Shown one piece after another: positions 49,327 to 58,938 of a DNA stretch of 64,000 nucleotides. Position 1 is the first letter of the stretch. Every line of letters begins with the position of its first letter. A model generated the notes under the pieces. The model made no database searches and was not told the origin of the DNA. It was given only the letters and a program-made list of their open reading frames with translations. A program made the translations under genes and the position numbers. This stretch comes from Bdellovibrionota bacterium (GTDB lineage Bacteria; Bdellovibrionota_G; JALEGL01; DATDPG01): contig OY764265.1 of NCBI GenBank assembly GCA_963668355.1, forward strand, positions 1,440,001 through 1,504,000, in the 5' to 3' direction.

Positions 49327-49770
49327 TTATTTGAGTTTTTTTATGAAGGCCGGCGTTCTCATTTGCTCCCATTTGGATTGAGTCCTAAGGGAAGGATCAA
49401 AGGTGTAACATTCGATCATTCGAATCGATACGCTTGTGTAATTGCTTAGTGTGGCAAGATCGAAACCCACAATTTCAGCATCGCCCATGCATTCGTAGTA
49501 ATCATCGGTTTCCGCATCCGTCCACGACATGTGGAAACTGCTCACGCCGCTGGCTCGCGAGTCTGAAACAAACAGGTCTCTAAATTGTAAAGAAACCAAA
49601 GCTTTTGAATTTACCACACCTTGTTTTCCTTTCTGGAAAGGACCTCCATATAAAGAAGTTTCCATGGAGTGCTTCATGCCCAGTAATTGTTGCGGGTTGA
49701 GCTGGGGGTAAGCGGAAGAGGTGAGGGGTGAAAGGATAAAGGCCAAGAACAACGCCGATATTGTTTTCAT
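49327..49770 (-). CDS. Hypothetical secreted protein
   Basis: Signal peptide MKTISALFLAFILSPLTSSA; TTGACT-17-TAGGTC promoter. Confidence 0.65.
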   Translation of the reverse strand: MKTISALFLAFILSPLTSSAYPQLNPQQLLGMKHSMETSLYGGPFQKGKQGVVNSKALVSLQFRDLFVSDSRASGVSSFHMSWTDAETDDYYECMGDAEIVGFDLATLSNYTSVSIRMIECYTFDPSLRTQSKWEQMRTPAFIKKLK

Positions 49771-49864
49771 AATCCTGACCTATGACGATTGACGAGATGA
49801 GTCAAGTTTTCGTGGTCATCCTTTCGGGACGCATTGCGCTTGTTTTGATAAGTATGGAATTAAG

Positions 49865-50338
49865 ATGAATCGAAGAATTGTTTTATTGCTTCTGGTTTCT
49901 TTTCTTTCAAGTCTGTCTTTCTCTGCCCTGTCTCACGAAGTGGATCCCTACACAGGTGAAGAATTTACGGTGGGCGATATTGAGGGATATTTTGATCATG
50001 CGGCGGAGCGCGAAGAAGATACGGTAGATACGATTCTTTTTATTCGTGACACGCCAGACTTCTCCAAAGGTATGAAAATGGGGCGTTGTGAAGTCGAATT
50101 TTTGACTACCAGTCTTGGGGAAAGGTCTTTTGAAAAAGGACAGGTTTACTGGATTACGTCCGTAGAGTTTGAAGGAAACTCGACCCATTTGGTGTTTGGT
50201 AGTGTTTGGGCAAGGGATTGGCCATGGAAAATCGGGATTTTTTGCCCGGAAATTGACGCGGACTCTAAATTATCCCAACTCGAAGAAGCCGCCGGCAAAC
50301 TCTTTGTCATCAAGCTATCTCAAAAAGAATCGCTTTAG
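49865..50338 (+). CDS. Hypothetical secreted protein
   Basis: Signal peptide MNRRIVLLLLVSFLSSLSFSA. Confidence 0.65.
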   Translation: MNRRIVLLLLVSFLSSLSFSALSHEVDPYTGEEFTVGDIEGYFDHAAEREEDTVDTILFIRDTPDFSKGMKMGRCEVEFLTTSLGERSFEKGQVYWITSVEFEGNSTHLVFGSVWARDWPWKIGIFCPEIDADSKLSQLEEAAGKLFVIKLSQKESL

Positions 50339-50417
50339 GAAATTAGAGAGAAATATACTTTTTTCGCAGGATGCAATTAAGCGTCGTGTTCCCGGAACGG
50401 TAAGTAAAGCATTATCT

Positions 50418-50900
50418 TTATTGGGATAGGTCGAGTTGGTCTATTAGGTATGTGGTGAATGCCTTGCCCGCATTTGGACAAATTGGGAAGCCTTCTAGGT
50501 TCTTGCTGGTCCAAATGGTTCTAAAAGCACAGGCATCTAATATGAGGTCTTTTTCGTTGAAGAGCCCTCGTCCTTTGTAGCCCAGAATTACACGGACATA
50601 GGTGTGATTTCGATGGGCTTGGCAAACGAGTGAGTTGTTTTCATCTGGGTTGACACAATCTCTTAGGTAAATGGCCAACATTTTTTCTGCCTTTTTAAGG
50701 CAGGCTCTTTTTTGGTCCATCTCATGAGGTCCCGCCAAGTCGAGCAGCTCGGCTTCGTCTATGCGTATTCTTTGAAGCGTGATTCTACCCGCCGCTTGAA
50801 TATGTATGGTGCAGGAAAGGGTTTGGCTTGGATTTGCATAAGCGGCAGATGCTTGCAGAAGACCAGAGATGACAAAAATCAAGAGAGCACGATGATTCAT
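50418..50900 (-). CDS. Hypothetical secreted Cys-rich protein
   Basis: Signal peptide ending AYA; 6 Cys. Confidence 0.65.
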   Translation of the reverse strand: MNHRALLIFVISGLLQASAAYANPSQTLSCTIHIQAAGRITLQRIRIDEAELLDLAGPHEMDQKRACLKKAEKMLAIYLRDCVNPDENNSLVCQAHRNHTYVRVILGYKGRGLFNEKDLILDACAFRTIWTSKNLEGFPICPNAGKAFTTYLIDQLDLSQ

Positions 50901-50955
50901 ATTTTTTCAATTCCTTATTTTATGCAAGTTGTATTTTTGTTGAGCCCCTCTTCAA

Positions 50956-51891
50956 TTAGAAGGGGATGCAGTTGATTTCAATCTCGGGTGTTTTTTCCCA
51001 CTCTCCGACGGAATGCGAACTTGTGGTTTTCTCGTCTCGTTTGAATTTAGAGTAGGTTAGTCCGTGAATTTCTCCAGTAGGGTTGTCCACTAGAACGTCG
51101 AGGATATGTCGTTGCTCTCGACTTTCTTCTTCGGTCAGGTAGCGAACTTGGGTTGTGTCGCTTCCCAAGGAAACTTCCTGTTCGGTTAGGTGTTTGTTTC
51201 CACCTGTATCCAACGCAAATTCTACCGGATGTTCTTTGCGTCCATCGAGGTCTCGCAAAACACCTTTGGCTACAGTTCTTTGCCCATGTCTGGAAATTTT
51301 TAGTACAAATTTACACGCACCGTCTTGGATTGAGTTAAGTGCACTGGCTAAATGTGGAAGTTGAGTGCTGGGTAGCCAATTTTCAGTACATGTTTCAGAT
51401 ATCGTTGAGGTTCTCTTCCATGTGTCTGGCCAGCCAAAATAGCGTTGTTTTTTGTCAAATCTCCTGGTGCTGATTCCGACAATATCACGAATTTCTTGGT
51501 AGCCAACGGTTATGCCGAGTCTCTTTAGGTCCCTTCTTCCCGTGACGATGAAAGTGAGTGTTGTTTTGTAGCGATGGTCATCGTTTGTGAATTCAAAGTT
51601 CGCAGTGCGAATGGCGCCTAGCTTTTCGGTATTTTTAACGGGGTAATCCAAAATGAAGGGAACGGAATGTCCGGCCGAATTTCGAAGCTGCGCAGATACG
51701 CTCCTGTTTTTCTCATCAAAGAAAGCATCAAGTGAGCATTCTCCAACCGTTTGACCGTCAATTTCGGCCGCTAAAGCTTTCAGATCTTCTGTGTAGTCAG
51801 TCCTGATTGGAGCATCAAGGATGGCTAGAGCGTGGGTGGGAAGAATGAAGCCGAGAGCCGCGAAGAGGCCGTATACGTTTTTCATATTCAT
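50956..51891 (-). CDS. Hypothetical secreted protein, possibly two related beta-rich halves
   Basis: Signal peptide ending ALA; both halves begin with a G(E/A)C segment and end in a Cys-containing strand. Confidence 0.65.
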   Translation of the reverse strand: MNMKNVYGLFAALGFILPTHALAILDAPIRTDYTEDLKALAAEIDGQTVGECSLDAFFDEKNRSVSAQLRNSAGHSVPFILDYPVKNTEKLGAIRTANFEFTNDDHRYKTTLTFIVTGRRDLKRLGITVGYQEIRDIVGISTRRFDKKQRYFGWPDTWKRTSTISETCTENWLPSTQLPHLASALNSIQDGACKFVLKISRHGQRTVAKGVLRDLDGRKEHPVEFALDTGGNKHLTEQEVSLGSDTTQVRYLTEEESREQRHILDVLVDNPTGEIHGLTYSKFKRDEKTTSSHSVGEWEKTPEIEINCIPF

Positions 51892-52195
51892 GAGGAGGTG
51901 GATAACGCAACGCAGCTAGTATGTCAATTTCCAATAGCTCTAGCAAAAGGCAAGTTTAGTTGGCGTGTTTTGGGTCCTCTGAGCATATGGTCGAATTTTC
52001 GAAAATGAACCAAAAAAAAGCAAAAATCATCCAAAAATGACCAAAAAATGCGAAAAAAGACTCATTTTCTTCAAAAAAAGCTGTTTTGGGATTGTCTGGT
52101 TTGCTTGGGTTTTGAAAGGTAATCGTTCTCCCTATAGAGGCATCTATGCGGGTGACTTGACACAGAGCGGCGTTGGAAATAGGTTTTTTGGTGGG

Positions 52196-53164
52196 ATGGG
52201 GGAATTAAGAAAAAATCTGAGGTTCGTCTTTCTTGGCGGAATTCTTTCCACGATCTTTTTGTTTTCTGGGGTCTCTTGGGCGGAGCCCGTTTTTGAAGAA
52301 AGTCTTTCGGCGATGCTTCGGCGTTCTTCGCCGGATTTTGATGGCCCCAATTGTTTCAACACAGCTTTGTTGGCTACCGGTGTGCTTCCCATAGACGACG
52401 TTCGTTACGTGGACTGGGAAGAGTTTGAATTTTATTTGCAGCATGCATTTCATCTGGTGAATGGAAAGCCCGAGCGAGGAGATCTGGTTGTGTATGCCGC
52501 ATCTTCAGAGCGAGATCATGCAGCAGTTTATCTAGGCGATGGACAGGTGCTTCATAAAAAAGATTTTAATTCATCTTATGAGTACCGTGTGGTTGGAATC
52601 GAGGAAGTGTTTGATCACGAGCCGGGAGATGATCGGCCGAGAAGACCCGAAGATCCTGCACCTATTTTTAGTGACGAAGAGGCGGTTCAAGATCGAGCCT
52701 TTTATAGAAGAGATTCCTTTATAGAACTTCCAGAAGTACCTTTTGATTTACGCACGGCGAAGAATCTTTTGGACTTTGTGTTGATTGCCGTTTTGGAACA
52801 TGCCCCCAGTTGGGATGTGGGAGAAAATCTTGGCATTGTGAGCGAGAACCTCACGGGGGTGATGACTCGTCGCTATTCGGATACGCCTCAGATCACGGTT
52901 CTTGCCAAAAGTCTGACCTATCAGATTTACCAGAGTATCATCGCCGAGCATTTTAGATCGGTTTACGCCCAGAGCCGTCCAGAACCCATCGAACGAAGAA
53001 TCTATTTCTCACCGAATCATTACTTACGAGACCTCATTCTGCTGGTAGGCGAAGTCGAAGGCTTCGCTTTGTCTGAAGCTGAAATCGATGAGGTGATTAA
53101 GAAACTAGAAGATGATCGCCCATCCCGGCGCCTCGATCTGTTTGAAGCCGTTCATTTGTATTAA
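52196..53164 (+). CDS. Secreted NlpC/P60-like (papain-fold) cysteine hydrolase candidate
   Basis: GPNCFN (Cys), PERGDLVVY, DHAAVYLGDG (His) pattern after a signal peptide. Confidence 0.6.
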   Translation: MGELRKNLRFVFLGGILSTIFLFSGVSWAEPVFEESLSAMLRRSSPDFDGPNCFNTALLATGVLPIDDVRYVDWEEFEFYLQHAFHLVNGKPERGDLVVYAASSERDHAAVYLGDGQVLHKKDFNSSYEYRVVGIEEVFDHEPGDDRPRRPEDPAPIFSDEEAVQDRAFYRRDSFIELPEVPFDLRTAKNLLDFVLIAVLEHAPSWDVGENLGIVSENLTGVMTRRYSDTPQITVLAKSLTYQIYQSIIAEHFRSVYAQSRPEPIERRIYFSPNHYLRDLILLVGEVEGFALSEAEIDEVIKKLEDDRPSRRLDLFEAVHLY

Positions 53165-53237
53165 AACACACTTCTTTGTGTCCTAAGAAGGAGCGGATTG
53201 TTTTTAGGTGGGGTGGTGGGCCCTATGAGGACTAATC

Positions 53238-53582
53238 TTATTGGTTTTCCACGCGTTCTTTCACGTGGCTTTTTAGCCATTCGTATTGGCTCTCGATGTC
53301 GTCTTTCCAGACATCACAGTTTTTCTCTTCGGCCATTTCCCAGGCTTCTGCGCCATGCATGTGCAGGTTTAATGATTTTTCTTCGCTCTCATGCATCCAA
53401 AATGCAATGTCTTCTTGATGGCGATAGCTATGAGCTAGGCGATAGAGTTGAACACATTCCAGCTGATGTTGAAGCTTGGCGATTTGAGAATTCACCGCCA
53501 GGTCAGGGGTTTGAGCAAATGAGTTGCTTAGGCCAAAGGGCAAAGTTAAGCAAAGAGCAAAAAGAATATGAATAAAGTTCAT
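53238..53582 (-). CDS. Hypothetical secreted helical protein
   Basis: GAGG SD; signal peptide ending SFA. Confidence 0.65.
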   Translation of the reverse strand: MNFIHILFALCLTLPFGLSNSFAQTPDLAVNSQIAKLQHQLECVQLYRLAHSYRHQEDIAFWMHESEEKSLNLHMHGAEAWEMAEEKNCDVWKDDIESQYEWLKSHVKERVENQ

Positions 53583-53592
53583 TTTTTCCTCT

Positions 53593-53955
53593 CTAGTTGT
53601 TGGAGGGGACGGCTACGCAGCGAAGGATCGCTTCAACGCTGTAGGCGTTGGCAGATGTATGTCGTTGAATGTAGTTGTATTCAAAATCTTTGCAGACTTT
53701 GACGGCATCACTGAGTTTTTCTACGCTTTCGCGCATTTCTTTTAAGCGTACGATCTCGTCATTTTGTGTGAGGCATTCACATGTAAAAGGGCCATCAATC
53801 GTAATTTCCTTTGCTTCCTTGATTTGACCATCTTCGTCAGGAAGAGTTCGAAGCTCATACTTTGAAAGTGAAACCGGTGAGTCTCCAGTGATGAAGGCAA
53901 AGGTGGTTAAGGGAAAAAGAACCGAAAGGGCAATAATAATGATCGCGCGTTGCAT
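53593..53955 (-). CDS. Hypothetical secreted protein (4 Cys)
   Basis: Signal peptide MQRAIIIIALSVLFPLTTFA. Confidence 0.65.
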   Translation of the reverse strand: MQRAIIIIALSVLFPLTTFAFITGDSPVSLSKYELRTLPDEDGQIKEAKEITIDGPFTCECLTQNDEIVRLKEMRESVEKLSDAVKVCKDFEYNYIQRHTSANAYSVEAILRCVAVPSNN

Positions 53956-54055
53956 GATGTTTTTGGGGTTATAACGCATTGCGCGGTCTGTCAAGCGCTT
54001 AGGTCAACCTTCTCCTGGTTTGTATTTTAGGGGTTCTGTGGGTATTTTCCCCGCC

Positions 54056-56326
54056 ATGAAAATTGAACTCGACAAAGCCGCAGCTCAGAAGATTTTCCAC
54101 ACCAGCCTCCAGCGCCTGGATGTCGTAAAGAAGCGTCTGGGAAGGCCCTTTACGCTGGCTGAAAAGGTTTTGTTTGCGCATTTGGATGATCCTTCCGGAC
54201 AAACGTTTAAGCGAGGAGAAGCCATCTTGGCGCTTCGGCCGGATCGTGTGGCCATGCAAGATGCCACAGCTCAAATGGCCTTACTTCAGTTTATGAATGC
54301 CGGGCGAAAAACGACAGCGGTGCCGTCCACGGTCCATTGCGATCATCTTATCCGGGCGCATCAAGGTGCGGGAAAAGATCTTCCTGTGGCGAGAGATGAA
54401 AATCGTGAGGTGTACGATTTTTTGAAAACCGTGTGTGCAAAATACGGTTTGGGTTATTGGGAGCCGGGTGCGGGAATCATTCATCAAGTGGTCCTCGAGA
54501 ACTACGCGCTTCCCGGAACCATGATGATTGGAACGGATTCTCATACGCCAAATGCCGGTGGCCTGGGCATGATCGCCGTGGGTGTGGGCGGTGCGGATGC
54601 AATGGATGTCATGGCCGGCCTTCCTTGGGAGGTCAAACATCCCAAGTTGATTGGAGTGAAGCTCACGGGAAAGATGAGCGGTTGGACTTCACCCAAAGAT
54701 GTGATTCTCAAGTTATGTGGAATTTTAACCACCAAAGGGGGGACCAATCGGATCATCGAATACTTTGGTCCTGGAACAAAAGAAATTAGCTGTACGGGTA
54801 AAGGCACGATCACAAATATGGGGGCCGAGTTGGGAGCGACGACCTCCATTTTCCCTTTCGACAATCGTATGGAGAAATATCTTCAAGCGACCAAGAGGGG
54901 CGAGTTTATTCAACTTTTAGAGAAGCACGCCTCGTTACTGGTGGCCGATGAAGAAGTTGAGAAAGATCCCGACGCGTATTTTGATCAGGTGATTGAAATT
55001 GACTTGAGCCAACTCGAACCACATTTAGTGGGACCACACTCTCCGGATGTGGCTCGACCCGTTTCGGATGTCAAAAAAGACGTTCAAGCGAACGATTTTC
55101 CCAATACCCTGTCTGCGGCATTGATCGGGAGTTGCACCAACTCTTCCTATGAAGATTTGGAACGCGCGGCTGATATCGCACGGCAAGCCACAGCCCATGG
55201 TTTGAAGGCCAAAGTGCCGCTCATGGTGACTCCAGGATCTAGTCAAATTTTTGAGACGATTGCGCGGGATGGTCAAATGAAAGCCCTTGAGGAAGTCGGG
55301 GCGTCGGTGTTGGCCAATGCGTGTGGCCCTTGCATCGGTCAATGGAAACGCGATGACATTCAAATCGGTGAGCGAAATAGCATCATCACGTCCTTCAATC
55401 GCAATTTCCCTAAACGGAATGATGGGAACTCCGAAACCTATGCCTTCATTGGAAGTCCGGAAATTGTCGTGGCGTATTCTTTTGCAGGAGATCTCCATTG
55501 GAATCCGTTGAAAGACTCGCTTCAAGACTCCCAAGGGTTGGAGTTTTCTTTTTCTCCTCCCCAGCTCGCGGATGAATTGCCAGCCAAGGGGTTTGTTTCA
55601 GAACAGTCTGGATATCTTTCTCCTGAAAAAGGGAGAGATGGTGAGGTGATCATCTCACCCGATAGCGAACGGCTTCAGGAGCTTACCCCCTTTGAAGCTT
55701 GGTCGGGGGATGATTTTGAACGCTTGCCCTTGCTTTTGAAGGCCAAAGGAAAATGCACAACAGACCACATTTCTCCGGCAGGTCCTTGGCTTCGGTTTCG
55801 AGGACATCTCGACCGAATTAGTGACAATATGTTTCTGGGAGCGATCAATGCCTTCTCCGAAAAAGCAGGGGTCACATTAAATATGGAAACAGGCGAAAAA
55901 GATCAGCCCATTTCTAAGGTGGCCCGCGATTATAGAAACCGTGGCATGCAATGGGTGGTTGTGGGGGATGAAAATTATGGCGAGGGAAGTTCGAGGGAAC
56001 ATGCGGCCATGTCTCCCCGATATTTAGGGGCAGCTGCGGTGATTACTCGAAGCTTCGCGCGGATTCATGAAACCAATTTAAAAAAACAGGGCGTGCTTCC
56101 GCTCACGTTTATTCATTGTGAGGATTACGAAAAAGTGAGCGAAAAAGATCACGTGAGTTTGAAAGGGCTTTCGTCACTTTCACCCCTCGGCCATGTGACA
56201 TGTGTTTTTCACCACGAGGATGGGACGGAAGATGAGGTCGAACTGGCCCATTCCTTAACGGAAGAACAAATTGAATGGTTTAAAGCGGGTTCTGCGTTGA
56301 ACTACCTGCGTGCAAAGAACCGTTAG
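54056..56326 (+). CDS. acnA: Aconitate hydratase, mitochondrial-like AcnA subfamily
   Basis: LRPDRVAMQDATAQMALLQF, HCDHLI, GTDSHTPN, GSCTNSSYED, ANACGPCIGQW, GEGSSREHAA. Confidence 0.93.
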   Translation: MKIELDKAAAQKIFHTSLQRLDVVKKRLGRPFTLAEKVLFAHLDDPSGQTFKRGEAILALRPDRVAMQDATAQMALLQFMNAGRKTTAVPSTVHCDHLIRAHQGAGKDLPVARDENREVYDFLKTVCAKYGLGYWEPGAGIIHQVVLENYALPGTMMIGTDSHTPNAGGLGMIAVGVGGADAMDVMAGLPWEVKHPKLIGVKLTGKMSGWTSPKDVILKLCGILTTKGGTNRIIEYFGPGTKEISCTGKGTITNMGAELGATTSIFPFDNRMEKYLQATKRGEFIQLLEKHASLLVADEEVEKDPDAYFDQVIEIDLSQLEPHLVGPHSPDVARPVSDVKKDVQANDFPNTLSAALIGSCTNSSYEDLERAADIARQATAHGLKAKVPLMVTPGSSQIFETIARDGQMKALEEVGASVLANACGPCIGQWKRDDIQIGERNSIITSFNRNFPKRNDGNSETYAFIGSPEIVVAYSFAGDLHWNPLKDSLQDSQGLEFSFSPPQLADELPAKGFVSEQSGYLSPEKGRDGEVIISPDSERLQELTPFEAWSGDDFERLPLLLKAKGKCTTDHISPAGPWLRFRGHLDRISDNMFLGAINAFSEKAGVTLNMETGEKDQPISKVARDYRNRGMQWVVVGDENYGEGSSREHAAMSPRYLGAAAVITRSFARIHETNLKKQGVLPLTFIHCEDYEKVSEKDHVSLKGLSSLSPLGHVTCVFHHEDGTEDEVELAHSLTEEQIEWFKAGSALNYLRAKNR

Positions 56327-58212
56327 AATCTTTTGCAAAACGAAGAACTATCCAAGAGATAATAACGCGAATCTTCGGCCACCAAGTGCATTTCGCTTTT
56401 TAAGATCTCCAAGGCTGGATCATAAGGTTCGGAATATCGAGGGTTTTTTCCGATCACAAGATACCGGGCCCCCAATTTGTGAAGCAAGCGACATCGGATG
56501 TCCGGGGTTCGCGTTTCCAAAATCGCTTTGACCTTTCTCATGCGAAGTCCATCCGGATAGCCGGAGGACCACAGAAAATAGGGCCAACCCAAGAGGACCT
56601 TTCGACCCACCAAGTTCACGGGATGGTAAATGGCATAGGATGTGACAAAGACATCTTGAGGCTTGCTATGCTGCATGACTTTTCGAGCCATGACGTCAGC
56701 TTTCCAATCATGGATCTTGATTACGCCGTCGTGAAGGATGGGAAAAAGGTCTAAGAATCCCGAGATGGATATGAGCACAGTCGTGCAAACGACCAAGATT
56801 TTTCTCCATATCTTTTGATTCCAAAATTCAACCAACCATTGAGCGGTGAATAGGTTGAGAATGACCAACCAAATATTGAAGAATTTATGATTGGTGTAGA
56901 TGTCAGGCCCGAATTTCACAAGATTTGGAAGAACAAAAATGGATAGACTAAGGATCAACAAGAGTCGCCTTTGTCCTTTCCACCAAAACAGAAGAATTGG
57001 AAGCAGAAGAAATTTCAGACCAATGTTTTGAATCCAGTAATTGAAAAATGAGAGAACGCTCAAATGTGGAAAAAGCGCATACCCCAAGCGGAATGAAGGG
57101 GCAGCGCTTGGGCTGGAGGGCGAAAGGGAAAGCATTTGAGGCAGGGCAATGATGGCAGCAATTCCCATGAGAAGGGCCAGTGGTTTTCGGGGTTTTTGGA
57201 AAACTAAAAAGCCGACCATCACTATTGTGAAGGAGACAAAACTCAGGCCGTGAAACAGAGGAAAAAGCCCCCATAAAATGCCCAAAAAAATGGACTGTTT
57301 GGTGTCGAGATTTTTGGGCCGAAGCACAAACACCAGAAAAACCAAACCGACAGCAATCCCGAAGGCAAAATGACGTTGATTCGTAAAAACGCTGAGGGTC
57401 CAAAATAGTCCGGTGATGACCTCATCCCAATTGTAATAGGGTCCCCCACTTAGAAAACTCACTCTGCCCAATGAGCCTTTCCACAAGGAAGCCAACGAGA
57501 AGGAAGAAAGGGAGAGGGTGTGAAAGAAGGCGAGCGAGCCGGAACAAAGCGTAAGAAATACGGCGAGGACTCCGGATTTTTGAGAGATGTTTTGAGGAAA
57601 AAGCGTTTTTAAAAGAAAGGGAATGGCGATTAGAAATGTGGCGAACCCAAGCGTGCTTGTTAAATTGAGGCCCCAGTCAATCGACAGACCGAGGTTCTCC
57701 AAGTAACCCACAAAAAAATAAAACATGAAGTGGTAACGAATTGATACGCCTGCAAAAAGAGGAGACTCAACGGGAATGTTTTCGCCCATGGAAAAAGACC
57801 GAATCAGGGGAATGTGATTGGCAAAGTCACTAAAAACCAACCGATCCATGACCAATTTTTGAGTGCTCGTTTCAAGATGGAAGGTTGAAAACATGAGAAA
57901 AGCCGAAATGAATAGCGTGCCAAAGACCCAAAGGATTTGCTCTTTCGAAAGGGAAAGATCCCTCCAGGGAGTTTTTCGCCAGAAAGCCTGAGCGAGAAGC
58001 AGCGTGGTAAAAGTTGCGTAGGTGCTTGTGGAGATTGGGGTTTGGCTTCCCAGTGCGTGAGCCAGGTGTGAGAATGCGTAGGCCAACCAGGTGGAAAGGA
58101 TGAATCCAGAAATCCAGCCAACCGTCCAAAGTTTTAAATGTTTGAGATGGAGGATGTGCCGAGTGAGAAAGATTCCCACCGACCACGCCAGAAGAAGAAA
58201 TAAAGCGCCCAA
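56323..58212 (-). CDS. Polytopic membrane protein, GT-C-like glycosyltransferase candidate
   Basis: About 13 TM helices, SDFANH loop, YHF, NQR, C-terminal periplasmic domain; abuts the GT2 gene. Confidence 0.55.
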   Translation of the reverse strand: MGALFLLLAWSVGIFLTRHILHLKHLKLWTVGWISGFILSTWLAYAFSHLAHALGSQTPISTSTYATFTTLLLAQAFWRKTPWRDLSLSKEQILWVFGTLFISAFLMFSTFHLETSTQKLVMDRLVFSDFANHIPLIRSFSMGENIPVESPLFAGVSIRYHFMFYFFVGYLENLGLSIDWGLNLTSTLGFATFLIAIPFLLKTLFPQNISQKSGVLAVFLTLCSGSLAFFHTLSLSSFSLASLWKGSLGRVSFLSGGPYYNWDEVITGLFWTLSVFTNQRHFAFGIAVGLVFLVFVLRPKNLDTKQSIFLGILWGLFPLFHGLSFVSFTIVMVGFLVFQKPRKPLALLMGIAAIIALPQMLSLSPSSPSAAPSFRLGYALFPHLSVLSFFNYWIQNIGLKFLLLPILLFWWKGQRRLLLILSLSIFVLPNLVKFGPDIYTNHKFFNIWLVILNLFTAQWLVEFWNQKIWRKILVVCTTVLISISGFLDLFPILHDGVIKIHDWKADVMARKVMQHSKPQDVFVTSYAIYHPVNLVGRKVLLGWPYFLWSSGYPDGLRMRKVKAILETRTPDIRCRLLHKLGARYLVIGKNPRYSEPYDPALEILKSEMHLVAEDSRYYLLDSSSFCKRF

Positions 58213-58938
58213 CTAGATTCTCCGTAGGATTCTGTGTTGCCAGAAGATTTTGAGAATATCCACCAGAGTCAGAATGTAATCTCTCCTTTTTACGCGCGTG
58301 TCTCCAAGGTCATGCCATTGAATGGGAATTTCTTTCACGACAAACCGGTTTTGGGTGATCAAGGACAAGAGTTCGATATCAAAAGACCATTTTCGTTGTC
58401 GAGTTTTGGGCATGCACATTTCCAAAACATGGGCTCGAAAAATCTTTACGCCACATTGTGTGTCTTTGATTCCCGGCAATAAGAGGAGCTGGATGAGTCC
58501 GTTGCCAAGTCGGGCCAGGAGTTTTCGAAAAGGAAGAGAAAATCCAAGACGTTGACTTCCCTTTTTACGTTTGGACCCAATGACGACATCCAATTGAATG
58601 TTTTCTTTTAGGGTTTCCCAGAGTTTTTTAAGGTCCTGGGTTGGGATGTCACCATCGGCATCAAAAAACGCGATTACATCGCCTTGGGCGATTTCGAAAC
58701 CACTTCGTAGTGCTGCCCCTTTTCCTTGATTTTGCGGATGTTCTAAAAGTCGAATCTGTGGATTTTCCTTGGCGGCTTTGGAGACAATCCAAGGCGTTTG
58801 GTCGGTGGATCCGTCATCGACAACGATGAACTCTGTTTCTTGCGAAAAGGAGGAAAGAAGCGAATTCAATGTGTCCCGAATTCGTGTTTCCTCATTGTAG
58901 GCTGGCAAAATGATGCTAAGAATGACTTTCCTCCTCAA
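58213..58938 (-). CDS. GT2 polyprenyl-phosphate glycosyltransferase (Dol-P-Glc synthase-like)
   Basis: LPAYNEE, VDDGSTD, NQGKGAA, DADG, DTQCGVK, FDIELL. Confidence 0.88.
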   Translation of the reverse strand: MRRKVILSIILPAYNEETRIRDTLNSLLSSFSQETEFIVVDDGSTDQTPWIVSKAAKENPQIRLLEHPQNQGKGAALRSGFEIAQGDVIAFFDADGDIPTQDLKKLWETLKENIQLDVVIGSKRKKGSQRLGFSLPFRKLLARLGNGLIQLLLLPGIKDTQCGVKIFRAHVLEMCMPKTRQRKWSFDIELLSLITQNRFVVKEIPIQWHDLGDTRVKRRDYILTLVDILKIFWQHRILRRI

